A stretch of 64,000 bases of DNA from Deltaproteobacteria bacterium. Its GTDB lineage: Bacteria; Myxococcota_A; Polyangia; Polyangiales; Houyiibacteriaceae. The notes below the pieces were generated by a model that had not been told where the DNA came from, did not search any database, and worked only from the letters and a program-made list of their open reading frames with translations. Positions 1 to 9,717 of the stretch are shown here, one piece after another. The stretch spans positions 23,364-87,363 of the forward strand of contig JAXMNT010000032.1 of the NCBI GenBank assembly GCA_034670305.1, given 5' to 3'. Both the position numbers and the translations under genes were made by a program. Numbering within the stretch: position 1 is the stretch's first letter; each line of letters begins with the position of its first letter.

Positions 1-735
1 ATGCGTCCGGTGCCAGCGCACCAGATCGTTGCGGCGCACTCGGCGGAGGACCGCCTCGGTGGTGTCCACCCGGCCGTAGGGGTGGTCGCCGTAGAGCTGA
101 CTGTAGAGCGCGCGCCGCGCGAGGAAGTTCGGACGCTTGCTCATCAGCGCGAGACGGTCGCGTTCGCGCCGCTTGAGCTTCTCGAGTTCGCCCGCGTTGA
201 ACGCCGGCGAGGTCGCGACCTCCGCGAGAATGTCCATGGCTTCGTCGAGGTGATCGCTGAGCGCTCGAAAGACCAACTGCACGTTCTCTTCGTCCGCCCC
301 AGTCCACAGATCGGCGCCGAGGAACTCGATGCGCTCGGCGAGCCGCGCGCTGTTCTGGCGGCGCGTGCCTTCCTGGAGCATCTGCGCGACCAAGTCGCTC
401 AGACCCTGAAGCGCTTCGGGGTCGCGCTCGGCGCCGCTGCGGACCACGAGCCGCAGGTACACGACCGGGAGCTGATGCCACTCGACCGTGTTCAGTTCGA
501 GACCGTTGTCGAGCGACACACGCTGGATGGGCGGGAACGCGATGTCGCGCGCCGGACCGGACGCGGGCGGCTCCTGTTTGGTGACGTGGGCGGGCTCAGG
601 CACCTCCTGCCCGCCGGTCGTCTCGCCGCCCTCGAGCGGCGGGATCTCCGCGGTCGGAACCTCGGGACCACCACACGCGACGAAACCCGCAACGGTCGTG
701 GTCAAGATGCTGAGAAGCAGAAGTCGGCGGTTCAT
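1..735 (-). CDS. M16 (pitrilysin-family) peptidase-like lipoprotein, probably the non-catalytic partner subunit; runs off the window edge
   Basis: Not in the ORF track. Manual translation: MNRRLLLLSILTTTVAGFVAC...IQRVSLDNGLE...LPVVYLRLVVRSGAERDP...LVAQMLQEGT. Lipobox present, no HXXEH. ATG overlaps the stop of the upstream M16 gene (ATGA). Confidence 0.85.
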   Translation of the reverse strand, partial: MNRRLLLLSILTTTVAGFVACGGPEVPTAEIPPLEGGETTGGQEVPEPAHVTKQEPPASGPARDIAFPPIQRVSLDNGLELNTVEWHQLPVVYLRLVVRSGAERDPEALQGLSDLVAQMLQEGTRRQNSARLAERIEFLGADLWTGADEENVQLVFRALSDHLDEAMDILAEVATSPAFNAGELEKLKRRERDRLALMSKRPNFLARRALYSQLYGDHPYGRVDTTEAVLRRVRRNDLVRWHRTH

Positions 736-2303
736 CGGATCACCTCACGCGCGAAGCCGTCGTGCCCGAGGGTTCGCGACGACATGGCGTCGTTGTCGGT
801 GGCGTTCGTCACGCCGGTTTCGAAGTTCGGGGTCTCGGGGTCCGCGAGGAAGAAGCCTGCGGTGGCTCCACCAGCGGCGTCCTCCCCTTCGGTCCCGCCG
901 GCGCCCGAGGTGGGCAACACGTCGAGCACGGTGCGAGAGGTCGGTTCGAAGTAGCGCTCGGCGACGCGCTGGATGTCCGCCTGCGTCACGGCGAGGTACC
1001 GATCGAGCTCGCTGCGAATGAGCTCCGCGTCGCCCCAGTACATCTCGAACTCCGCGAGCTGTCGCGCGCGGGACATGTTGGCCTGGAGCCCGAACACGAA
1101 GTAACCGCGGACCCGGTTGTGGGCCTTCTCGAGTTCGCGCGCGGTGACCCCGCGGCGCGCCACGGTCGCCAGCTCTTCGAACACGACGTTCTGCGCTTCG
1201 GCGGGCTGGTGGCCGCGGGACATGATCGCGAACACGGAGAACAGATCCGGACCGCGGCGATCGTCGGTGCCGACCGAGATCTGCTGGCAGATCTCGCGCT
1301 CCTTCACGAGCTTCTGGTAGAGCCGCGAGGACTGGCCGTCGCCGAGAATGAGGCCGAGCAGTTCGAGCGCGTAGTGGTCCGCGACCCGGCTTTGCGGGAT
1401 CGGGTACGCGATGTGGAACGCCGGCAGCTCCGCGTGCGGATCGGGCATGCTCTCGCGTCGCTCCGCGGTCTGAGGCGCGAGTTCGGGTGGCTCGTACGCG
1501 GGAATCGGTCCCTGCTCGATGGCGCCGAAGTAGCGCTCGATGAGCTGCAGGGCTTCGGCCGGATCGAAGTCACCGGAGATCGCCAGGACCGCGTTGTTCG
1601 GGCGGTACCAGGTGTTGAAGAACTCTTGCACCGCTTCGAGGGGCGCGTTGTCGAGGTCTTGCATCTCGCCGATGGTCGAGTGCGCGTACGGCCAGTAGTC
1701 GCCGAAAGCGAGTTCGTTGATGCGCAACCCGCTCATCGCGTACGGCTGGTTCAGGTAGCTCTGCCGAAGCTCCTCTTTGACGACCTGGCGCTGGTTCTCG
1801 AAGTTCTCCGCCGTGACCGCGAGCGAGCGCATGCGATCGGCTTCGAGCCAGAGCCCGAGTGCGAGTTCGTTCGAGGGCAAGGTCTCGAAGTAGTTGGTCC
1901 GGTCGTGGCTGGTCGTTCCGTTGAGCGAACCGCCCCGGTTCATGATCAGCTGGAAATGTTCGCCTTTGCCGACGTTGGCCGAGCCCTGGAACATCATGTG
2001 TTCGAACAGGTGCGCGAAGCCGGAGCGTCCCCGCTCCTCGTTCCGGGAGCCGACGTCGTAGTAGACGGCGAGCGCGACGGTCGGAATCGTGCGGTCGGAG
2101 CTCAGGACCACGCGGAGGCCGTTGGCCAGCGTGTGTCGCTGGATCGGGAGCTGCGCCAGCGGCGACGGTGCATTGTCCGTCCCCGTCGGGGCCGGTGCGC
2201 TGTCCGAGGAAGGCGCGCGGGTCTGAGCCGCGGTCCGAAGTGCCCAAACCGAGCCCAGAGTGGCCACGGAGGCGAGTGCGAGGAGCCAGTGAATCCGTCT
2301 CAT
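732..2303 (-). CDS. M16 family zinc peptidase, exported
   Basis: TLANGLRVV, GSRNE, HLFEH (HXXEH), NGTT..DRTNY, WYRPNNAVLAISGD; N-terminal signal peptide. Confidence 0.93.
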   Translation of the reverse strand: MRRIHWLLALASVATLGSVWALRTAAQTRAPSSDSAPAPTGTDNAPSPLAQLPIQRHTLANGLRVVLSSDRTIPTVALAVYYDVGSRNEERGRSGFAHLFEHMMFQGSANVGKGEHFQLIMNRGGSLNGTTSHDRTNYFETLPSNELALGLWLEADRMRSLAVTAENFENQRQVVKEELRQSYLNQPYAMSGLRINELAFGDYWPYAHSTIGEMQDLDNAPLEAVQEFFNTWYRPNNAVLAISGDFDPAEALQLIERYFGAIEQGPIPAYEPPELAPQTAERRESMPDPHAELPAFHIAYPIPQSRVADHYALELLGLILGDGQSSRLYQKLVKEREICQQISVGTDDRRGPDLFSVFAIMSRGHQPAEAQNVVFEELATVARRGVTARELEKAHNRVRGYFVFGLQANMSRARQLAEFEMYWGDAELIRSELDRYLAVTQADIQRVAERYFEPTSRTVLDVLPTSGAGGTEGEDAAGGATAGFFLADPETPNFETGVTNATDNDAMSSRTLGHDGFAREVIR

Positions 2304-2458
2304 TGGCCCAGAAGTAGCACGGTATTGGCTTTGGGCCCGCGCAGGAGCGAAGCGATCCGCGGGTCTGGAGCCGTTCCCGCAGGTCCCAGGAAAGGCGATG
2401 GGGTGGGACACCTGGCGTTTGCGGTTCGCGCGTGTCGGGAGGACACTCGGCGGTTCCC

Positions 2459-3769
2459 ATGAAAGCCGTCCTTCTCTCCATTGGCACCGAACTCACCCGC
2501 GGTGAGCTCATCGACACCAACGCCGCCTGGCTCTCCGCCGAGCTCACGGACCGTGGATTCGACGTGGTCGAACGAAGAACCGTCAGCGACGACCCCGCCG
2601 AGATCGGTGCCGCCGTCCGCGGCATGACCAAGGGCCGGGCGGTGCTGGTGGCCACCGGGGGACTCGGGCCGACCACCGACGACCGGACGGCCCAAGCGGT
2701 CGCAGAGGGTCTCGGGGTGTCCGTGGAGCGGGATCTGGCGGTGCTCGATCACATCCGCCGCCGCTACGCGCACAAAGGACGCGAGATGCGGGAGCTGGGG
2801 GCCAAACAGGCGGACCGGCCCGCCGGGTCCGATGTGCTTCAGAACAACAGCGGCACCGCGCCCGGGTTCGCCCTCGTCGTCGAGGGCTGCAAGTGTCACT
2901 TCTTGCCAGGCGTGCCTTCCGAGATGAAGGAGATGTTCCAGGTCGAAGTCCTCCCGCGGATCGGAGATCACGCGACGCACGACGCACACCAGGTGCACTT
3001 GCGCACGTTTGGGCTGCCCGAGAGCGAAGTCGGCGAGCGGCTCGAGGGCCTGGAGGCCGACCACCCCGGCATCACCCTCGGCTACCGCGCGCATTTCCCG
3101 GAGATCGAAGTGAAGGTGCATGCGCGGGCGAACGACGGAGCCGCCGCCGAAGCACTCGCGGGCGTGGTCGCCGAGCAGGTCCGCGCGCGGCTCGGCGACA
3201 TCGTGTTCGGTGAACGTGACGACTCGTTTCCGGGCGCGGTCGGGGAAGCGCTGCGCCGCAAAGGGCTGCGGATCGCCGTCGCAGAGTCCTGCACGGGCGG
3301 CATGATCGGAGAGCTTCTGACCGCCGTTCCTGGAAGTTCCGAGTACGTCCTGCTCGACGCGGTGACCTACTCGAACGCCGCCAAGACGGCGATGCTCGGC
3401 GTCGCGGTGGACACGCTCCGAGCCTACGGCGCCGTCAGCGCGGAGACCGCACGGGCGATGGCGGAAGGTGCGCTCAAGCTCGGCGACGCCGACGTCGCCG
3501 TGTCGACGACTGGCGTGGCTGGCCCCGGCGGCGGATCCGAAGAGAAACCCGTGGGCACCGTGTGGCTTGGCTTGGCCACGAAGACCGCCACGTGGACACT
3601 GCGCCACGTGTTCTCGGGAGACCGGGGCAAAGTGCGGGGACTCGCGGCCTACGTGGCACTCGACCTCGTCCGCCGGGCCGCGCTCGGACTCGACCCGATG
3701 CAATGCAATCCGCACACGCTGCGAGAACACAACACCCACGTGGGGGTGAAGGCAACGACTCCGGAGTGA
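2459..3769 (+). CDS. cinA: Competence/damage-inducible protein CinA (MoCF-binding domain plus NMN deamidase domain)
   Basis: IGTELTRG..DTN, TGGLGPTTDDRT, LPGVPSEM, AESCTGG, STTGVAGPGGGSEEKPVGTV. Confidence 0.96.
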   Translation: MKAVLLSIGTELTRGELIDTNAAWLSAELTDRGFDVVERRTVSDDPAEIGAAVRGMTKGRAVLVATGGLGPTTDDRTAQAVAEGLGVSVERDLAVLDHIRRRYAHKGREMRELGAKQADRPAGSDVLQNNSGTAPGFALVVEGCKCHFLPGVPSEMKEMFQVEVLPRIGDHATHDAHQVHLRTFGLPESEVGERLEGLEADHPGITLGYRAHFPEIEVKVHARANDGAAAEALAGVVAEQVRARLGDIVFGERDDSFPGAVGEALRRKGLRIAVAESCTGGMIGELLTAVPGSSEYVLLDAVTYSNAAKTAMLGVAVDTLRAYGAVSAETARAMAEGALKLGDADVAVSTTGVAGPGGGSEEKPVGTVWLGLATKTATWTLRHVFSGDRGKVRGLAAYVALDLVRRAALGLDPMQCNPHTLREHNTHVGVKATTPE

Positions 3770-3818
3770 TCCGAGTGCGAGCGAGTCGAACGTCGTCGGC
3801 TCCGGACCCGACGCAGGT

Positions 3819-3848
3819 GAGGCCACGCTCCGGGGGGAGCGTGGCCTC
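3819..3848. terminator. Hairpin between convergent cinA and recA; probable bidirectional terminator
   Basis: GAGGCCACGCTCC-GGGG-GGAGCGTGGCCTC, perfect 13-bp stem; no clear U-tract. Confidence 0.6.
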
Positions 3849-3878
3849 GAGGGTTCTGACGTCCTGCGTGGGTCTTAC

Positions 3879-5015
3879 TTAGGCTCGGGCGCGACGCTTC
3901 TTGGATTTGCCGTTCGACTTCACCGGTTCGTCGCTGCTCGTCTCCGAGCTCGAGGCGTCGGCTGCGTCGGGTGCATCCGCGGCGGGTGCGGCGGCTTCGG
4001 CGCCTTCGGTGCGTGGGGCGAGGCCGTGCTCCGCGAGGATCTTGCCTTCGATCTCCGCGAGCATGGCGGGGTTCTCTTCCAGGAAGTTCCGGGTGTTGTC
4101 CCGGCCCTGACCGAGGCGCTGACCCTGGTAGCTGTACCAAGCACCGCTCTTGTCCACGATGTCGAACTTCACGCCGAGGTCGAGGATGTCGCCGCTGCGG
4201 CTGATGCCGCGGCCGAAGAGGATGTCGAACTCGCAGAGCTGGAAAGGCGGCGCGAGTTTGTTCTTCACGACCTTCACGCGGCACCGGTTGCCGATCGCTT
4301 GGTCGCCGACCTTGATGGTGCCGATGCGGCGAATGTCGAGCCGCTGCGAGGCGTAGAACTTGAGCGCGTTGCCACCGGTGGTGGTCTCCGGGCTGCCGAA
4401 CATGACGCCGATCTTCATGCGGATCTGGTTGATGAAGAAGAGGGTGGTGTTGCTCTTCTGGATGTTGCCGGTGAGCTTGCGGAGCGCCTGGCTCATCAGG
4501 CGGGCCTGGAGACCGACGTGGCTGTCGCCCATCTCGCCTTCGATCTCCGCCTTCGGCACGAGGGCCGCGACCGAGTCGATGACGATGATGTCGACCGCGC
4601 CCGAACGAACGAGCGTGTCGGCGATCTCGAGGGCCTGTTCACCGTGGTCCGGCTGCGAGACCAGGAGCTCGTCCACGTTCACGCCGAGCTTGCGGGCGTA
4701 GGTGGGGTCGAGCGCATGTTCTGCATCGATGAAGGCTGCGACCCCGCCCTGTTTCTGACACTCCGCGATGGCGTGCAGGGTCAGGGTGGTCTTGCCGCTC
4801 GACTCAGGGCCGTAGCACTCGACGATGCGCCCACGGGCGTATCCACCGATGCCCAACGCCAAGTCCAACGAGATCGACCCGGTGGGAATTACAGGGACAT
4901 CCACCTTGGTGGAGTCCCCCAGCCGCATGATCGAGCCCTTGCCATAGGCCTTTTCAATCGATCCAAGGGCCAATGCGAGCGCTTTGTCGCGGTTCGAGTC
5001 TTTGTCCGTCGCCAT
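3879..5015 (-). CDS. recA: Recombinase RecA
   Basis: [52 protein letters not shown]. Confidence 0.99.
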   Translation of the reverse strand: MATDKDSNRDKALALALGSIEKAYGKGSIMRLGDSTKVDVPVIPTGSISLDLALGIGGYARGRIVECYGPESSGKTTLTLHAIAECQKQGGVAAFIDAEHALDPTYARKLGVNVDELLVSQPDHGEQALEIADTLVRSGAVDIIVIDSVAALVPKAEIEGEMGDSHVGLQARLMSQALRKLTGNIQKSNTTLFFINQIRMKIGVMFGSPETTTGGNALKFYASQRLDIRRIGTIKVGDQAIGNRCRVKVVKNKLAPPFQLCEFDILFGRGISRSGDILDLGVKFDIVDKSGAWYSYQGQRLGQGRDNTRNFLEENPAMLAEIEGKILAEHGLAPRTEGAEAAAPAADAPDAADASSSETSSDEPVKSNGKSKKRRARA

Positions 5016-5023
5016 CCGTTCCT

Positions 5024-5040
5024 CCTGAACATGTGTCTAG
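5024..5040 (-). promoter_or_regulatory. Myxococcus-type LexA (SOS) box overlapping the recA RBS
   Basis: Minus strand CTAGACACATGTTCAGG matches 15 of 17 positions of the M. xanthus consensus CTRHAMRYBYGTTCAGS (recalled, not looked up), directly upstream of recA. Confidence 0.8.
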
Positions 5041-5138
5041 TTCGTCCGCCCCGGAAGGTCAACCTCGCAGGTTGGACGCCGTGTCTCTTCTTTGAGCCCG
5101 AACGCTCCCACGAGGGTGTGACGTGGTAGAGCAGGAGC

Positions 5139-6209
5139 ATGCTCGGGTCTGCGGTTTTCGTCTCCCATCGGACGCTGAGCGCGAGGCGTGAAGCCGCATC
5201 CGGAGCCGTCTGGGCGGTGCTGGCTTCGGGAGTCGCAGTGCTGGCTTCGGGCGTCGCAGTGCTGGCCTCGGGCGTCGCAGTGCTGGCCTCAGGAATCGCA
5301 GTGCTGCTGATGGGCCTCGGATGTGGACACCCCGCCCCGGAGCGGCCGGAGCCCACCACGCCGTCCGTGCTCGGAAACCTCCTCGATCACGTGCCGGGGG
5401 CCCCCGATCTGATCGTGAGGGCGCGGCCGGCCGAGTTGCTCGAGACCCCAGCCACCCGCGCGATCGTCGATGTGATCGTGGACGAACCAGGCCGGCAGAA
5501 CCTCTACGACCGGTCTGGGGTGGACGTGAGCGCGGTCTCCGAGCTGGTCTACGTCGATTACGGAGACCGCCGTTCGTTGCGTATGGCCCGCATGCCCTCC
5601 GGACCGGCGATCGTGGTGGCCAACGCGCGCGACCTTCACATCCAGACCTCGACCGATGGCGCGATCACCCGCCGGTCCGGACACGACGGCATCCGCCACC
5701 GAGAGCTCGTCGCCGTCGATGGGGTCGTGATGATGGGCCACGAAGTGGGCACCCAGATCGCCAACGTCTTGGATGGCGTGCGCGAGGCGCGTTTGCCACC
5801 GCCACCGGAAGGCGACTGGGCAGCGCTCCGCGCGCGTTTCGTGGACGCGCCGCTGGTGTTCTTCGCACCGGATCCGCTGGGGTTGCCGCCCGAAGGGATC
5901 GGCCTGCTGCTCGCGCGCGAACGGGCGCTGGCGGTTGCTGTGCGGCCGCGCGACGAAACCTCGATCGAAGTGGTGGTGGCGATGCGCGGCGAGATGCCGG
6001 ACGGGATCGAAGAGAACCTGCGCACTTGGATCACGTCGATGGCGGGCGCCGACCTCGGGCGCGCGCTGGGCCTCGGGGAAGCCCTGCACAGCCTCGAGGT
6101 CGAACGGATCCCGGAGGGCGTGGAACTGAGGCTCGACTGGCCGGTCGTCCCCTTGGTTCGTGGGCTGCGGCTGCTCTTCCACGACGACATCCGCGCCATC
6201 GTGGAATGA
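5139..6209 (+). CDS. Hypothetical lipoprotein
   Basis: 356-aa ORF; hydrophobic leader ending LGLGC, then a Pro-rich linker; start uncertain. Confidence 0.7.
   Translation: MLGSAVFVSHRTLSARREAASGAVWAVLASGVAVLASGVAVLASGVAVLASGIAVLLMGLGCGHPAPERPEPTTPSVLGNLLDHVPGAPDLIVRARPAELLETPATRAIVDVIVDEPGRQNLYDRSGVDVSAVSELVYVDYGDRRSLRMARMPSGPAIVVANARDLHIQTSTDGAITRRSGHDGIRHRELVAVDGVVMMGHEVGTQIANVLDGVREARLPPPPEGDWAALRARFVDAPLVFFAPDPLGLPPEGIGLLLARERALAVAVRPRDETSIEVVVAMRGEMPDGIEENLRTWITSMAGADLGRALGLGEALHSLEVERIPEGVELRLDWPVVPLVRGLRLLFHDDIRAIVE
5215..5306 (+). repeat. 21-bp in-frame tandem repeat, about 4 copies (AVLASGV)
   Basis: GCAGTGCTGGC(C/T)TCGGG(A/C)GTC repeated within the signal-peptide region. Confidence 0.9.
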
Positions 6210-6459
6210 AGGCCGGTCGTGGAGCGACCCAGGCCCGCGGTGCCGGCGAATCGGGCATGCCGGCTTGACCGGGGGGCCGGATGGCGCGAGGTACCTGAAA
6301 CACGGGGTGGGCGTGCAGCAAACCCCGCGGATCGGGTGCCCTATGGTATCCTTTCAGGATGCGGGGGCTTCTGCGGCGAGCAGGCTGTCGTGCGGAATTC
6401 TGGAGCCAACAAGGCTCTCAAGTGACTGAAATCACGACACTTTCGTGGGGCACAACCGG

Positions 6460-6948
6460 ATGATGCAGTTCAAGGTCGGCGACAAGGCGGTCCATCCAGC
6501 TCACGGAGTCGGAGAAGTCACCAGCATCGAGAAGAAGACGATCGGTGGGAGCGACAAACGTTTCTACATCCTGAAGATCGTCGACACGGGCATGACCGTG
6601 ATGGTCCCCACCGATGGGGTGGAGCGCCTTGGCCTTCGAGATGTCATCTCGAAGAAAGAAGCCAAGAAGGTCATGGACGAGCTGAAGAAGGACGAAGTCG
6701 CCGTCACCTCTCAGCCGTGGAACCGCCGGTACCGCGAGTACACCGAGATGCTCAAGAGCGGTTCGCCCATCGAGGTCGCCAAGGTGCTGCGCGATTTGAG
6801 CCGCCTGCGCGGCGACAAAGATCTGAGCTTTGGGGAACGCCGGTTGCTGGAGCAGGCCCGCAACCTGCTCGTCGCCGAACTCGCGCTCGCCAAGGGCGCG
6901 ACCGAAGAGAAGATCCGCAAGGACATGGACAAGATCCTCGGCACCTGA
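6460..6948 (+). CDS. cdnL: CarD/CdnL-family RNA polymerase-binding regulator
   Basis: FKVGDKAVHPAHGVG, WNRRYREY..LKSG, DLSFGERRLLEQARNLLVAE; no AT-hook tail, so CdnL-type. Confidence 0.93.
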   Translation: MMQFKVGDKAVHPAHGVGEVTSIEKKTIGGSDKRFYILKIVDTGMTVMVPTDGVERLGLRDVISKKEAKKVMDELKKDEVAVTSQPWNRRYREYTEMLKSGSPIEVAKVLRDLSRLRGDKDLSFGERRLLEQARNLLVAELALAKGATEEKIRKDMDKILGT

Positions 6949-6992
6949 AGCCGCGGAGGCGCCCTCGCCTCCTGCCGCACTTCCCGCCCGCT

Positions 6993-7664
6993 TCAGTCCG
7001 CGCTGCGGCTCGCTTTCTCTTCCAGCCCCGACACGCCTGCGCGCCGAGCCAACTCTCCGGCGACATCGCGCAGCGTCTTGCCGCGAAGCTGCAGGCCCAC
7101 CATCAGGTGGTAGAGCACGTCCGCCGCCTCGGACACGACGCGTTCGTCGGACTCGGACGCGAGCGCCTCCGCGAGCTCGCCGCCCTCTTCGCGGATCTTC
7201 GCGCCGATCTTCTCGGCGCCGCCATCGAGCAACCGCCGTGTGTAACTCGTGTCTCCGTCGGCCGAGGCGCGCGCTTCGATCGTCTCCGTCAACGTGAGCA
7301 ACTCCGGGGCGCGGGTCCGCTCGTCCGCGTCGTGGAGCTCCGGGACCTCTTCGCTCAGCTCCAGAAAAAAGCAGGAGGGTTCGCCGGTGTGGCAACTCGG
7401 TCCACTCGGATCGACCAAGTAGAGAAGTGCGTCGCGATCGCAATCGGCGCGCACCGAGAAGACGCGCAGCACGTTGCCGCTCGACTCGCCCTTCTTCCAG
7501 AGCGACTGGCGCGAGCGAGACCAGAACCACGCGATCCCCGTCTCGAGGGTGCGGCTCACCGCCTCCGCGTTGGCATGCGCGAGCATGCGGACTTCGCCGG
7601 TCAAACGATCCTGCGCCACCACGGTGACCAGCCCCGCCGCGTCCCACTTCAAATCCTCGAACAT
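6993..7664 (-). CDS. hisIE: Bifunctional phosphoribosyl-AMP cyclohydrolase / phosphoribosyl-ATP pyrophosphatase
   Basis: WSRSRQSLWKKGESSGN, DCDRD, CHTG..SCF, SYT..LL, EAADVLYH. Confidence 0.97.
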   Translation of the reverse strand: MFEDLKWDAAGLVTVVAQDRLTGEVRMLAHANAEAVSRTLETGIAWFWSRSRQSLWKKGESSGNVLRVFSVRADCDRDALLYLVDPSGPSCHTGEPSCFFLELSEEVPELHDADERTRAPELLTLTETIEARASADGDTSYTRRLLDGGAEKIGAKIREEGGELAEALASESDERVVSEAADVLYHLMVGLQLRGKTLRDVAGELARRAGVSGLEEKASRSAD

Positions 7665-7917
7665 CGAGGCGTGGCTACGCGACGGGGCTACCCGAAGCAA
7701 GAGCGCATTCGCGCTCGCTGGAAGGATCGTCCAATGGCTGGTGTCATCGAACGAGGCCGCCGGGCCAAGTCTGGCCCTGGTGCCATGGCGTTCAGAGATG
7801 TGTTCGACCGGTCCGCCTCTCCCAAAACAGACTGGTCTCCTCCACCTCTACGCTTCGAGGATGGTCGCGCGGGGTCGGGACGCTGGCCTCTCCCAAAACC
7901 AACGCCCCGCGGCGCAA

Positions 7918-8457
7918 CTACCCCCGAAGCGCCGCCATGCGTGCTTCATGAGACGCCCGAGCAATCTCGTCGAGATGGCCCTGCGCGCGGTCGGCGAGCC
8001 GGGTCGCGCGGTCGCTGTGTTCACGATCGGACTCCGCCGCTTCGGCGAATCCATCGGCCGTGATCCCGAGGCCTTCCGCATTGAGGTCCATGTTGGTTGC
8101 TCTGAACTGGAGCCCCGCGTCCACGGCCTTCGCGGTCGCGTCGGTCAACCCCGCGCCCGTCTTGTCGCCAGAAGCGGTCAAGCCGGTGGAAGCCGCGGAC
8201 GCACAGCCGGACATCACGCCCGCGATGAGACGAGTTCGGGCGGCGTCGCGTTTGACGCCGAGCGCTTCGCGACGCGCTGCAGTCCGTTGGCGGCTGCTCT
8301 CTCGGGAGGCGCTCCGGCTCCGGTCCGAGGACTCTTCGAGGCGGGCGGCGGCTTGTTGGATGGTCTGCTCGAGCCCGCCACCGGCGCCGGTGGTGGGGAG
8401 TTCGAAGTCGGCGATGCCGCCGACGGGCGGGGTGGTGGGGCCTTGAATGCGGGTCAT
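7918..8457 (-). CDS. Putative T3SS minor translocator (SctB/YopD-like position), 179 aa
   Basis: Ala-rich helical protein with one weak hydrophobic segment; last gene after the SctE-like ORF. The ORF looks real; the function is inferred from position. Confidence 0.55.
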   Translation of the reverse strand: MTRIQGPTTPPVGGIADFELPTTGAGGGLEQTIQQAAARLEESSDRSRSASRESSRQRTAARREALGVKRDAARTRLIAGVMSGCASAASTGLTASGDKTGAGLTDATAKAVDAGLQFRATNMDLNAEGLGITADGFAEAAESDREHSDRATRLADRAQGHLDEIARASHEARMAALRG

Positions 8458-8530
8458 GGGTGCTTCCTGTTCGTCATGGGTGGGATGGGTGATTGGTGAT
8501 TGGTGGATGGGTGTTGGATTGCGTGATCGG

Positions 8531-9484
8531 TCAGGCGATGGCGCGTGCGGCGACGCTGAGGGACTGCCCCCGCGCTTCTTGCACCGCGTGCATGCGTCTC
8601 GAGATCCGGGCGAAGCGGGTGCGAAGCTTCTTCATCGCTTCGATGGCTGCTTCCATGTCGTCCATCGCGACCTCGGAGTTCAGCCCATGCTCTTCCGCGT
8701 CGATCTGCTCGCCGTCTGCGCGGTAGGTGTGGACGGCGTTCGTCATCTGAAAGCGTGCTTCGTGAGCTTGCTGGGCGGTGCTGACGCACGTGGCGATGAC
8801 CTGCGTGGCTTGTACGACGGTTGCCGCGGTTGACCCGGCTTGTGCGAGTCCGCCCGCGTTTCCGGCAACCGCCATCAGCACCGCTGCGACCAGCTTGAGG
8901 ACAACTGCGGTGATCATGCCGGCTTTGCCGTCGATCTTGCCCTCCTTGGCCAGCTTCTCGACTGCCGCTGCAGCGACGAGCAGCACCGCTGCCGCGGCCA
9001 CGAGCACCATGCTGGCGCCGCCAGTGAATACAGACGCGACGGCGGCGACGATGATCATTACCGCAGCGATCAACTTCTTCGCCCAGTCCGGCAGCTTCTG
9101 ATTCAGAAGCTTCGCCAGGTGCTCCTCCGCGGCCTTGAGCGACTTCATGCGCTCCGCGTCTTCGCCCTCGGACCTGCGGGACGCGGACTCGCTCGAGGCT
9201 TCGCCGGCACGGGTGCGTGCATCCCGCACGCTGGTCTGCATCGCCATCATGGCGGTCATGGGGTCGAGTGCGCCGCCGAGTGCAACCGCAAGCGTGAACT
9301 GCTGTTCGTTGCTCAGCGGCGGACTCGAAGGGCTGCCTGTCGTTCCGCTCGTCCGTCGCGTGTCTCGCCGGGGCGCCGACTCCGCGGGGCTCGTCGTGGA
9401 TCCAATCGGCGCTCCGTTGCGCCCCGCTTCCGCCCGAAGGGGCATCGGCGGCAGAGCCACCGCATCGCTTGCTACACGAACCAC
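8531..9484 (-). CDS. Putative T3SS major translocator (SctE; SipB/IpaB/YopB-like)
   Basis: Ser/Thr/Pro-rich N-terminus, no Sec signal, coiled coil, then [23 protein letters not shown] (cf. SipB VAAVFTGGASLALAAVG), a second hydrophobic helix and a C-terminal coiled coil. Confidence 0.75.
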   Translation of the reverse strand: MVRVASDAVALPPMPLRAEAGRNGAPIGSTTSPAESAPRRDTRRTSGTTGSPSSPPLSNEQQFTLAVALGGALDPMTAMMAMQTSVRDARTRAGEASSESASRRSEGEDAERMKSLKAAEEHLAKLLNQKLPDWAKKLIAAVMIIVAAVASVFTGGASMVLVAAAAVLLVAAAAVEKLAKEGKIDGKAGMITAVVLKLVAAVLMAVAGNAGGLAQAGSTAATVVQATQVIATCVSTAQQAHEARFQMTNAVHTYRADGEQIDAEEHGLNSEVAMDDMEAAIEAMKKLRTRFARISRRMHAVQEARGQSLSVAARAIA

Positions 9485-9717
9485 GACATCACCTCTTGCA
9501 TCGCTTCGACCATGTCGGTGTTCCCCTCGCGGCGGTGGAACGCGATGTACTGCGTCCAGGTCTCGCTCCGGGTCAGGTCGAGCATCAGCAGGATGTCGAG
9601 TTGCGTCTCGGCGTCTTCGGTCGCGCCCCGCTTCGCGTCCGCCTGAGCGAGTTTGCCCAGGTGCGCGAGCTGCGGTTCGTCGAGGCCGAGCGCCGACGCC
9701 CAGGAGGCCGTGGTCAT
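9472..9717 (-). CDS. Small TPR-like protein; putative reduced class II translocator chaperone (SycD/LcrH-like)
   Basis: [17 protein letters not shown]...ETW resembles one TPR unit; overlaps both neighbours; lies just before the SctE-like gene. Confidence 0.55.
   Translation of the reverse strand: MTTASWASALGLDEPQLAHLGKLAQADAKRGATEDAETQLDILLMLDLTRSETWTQYIAFHRREGNTDMVEAMQEVMSWFV

Noticed and set aside
8480-8520. Short GATTGGT-like repeats between the two translocator-like genes
   Set aside because: Only 2-3 degenerate units, too little to assign a role
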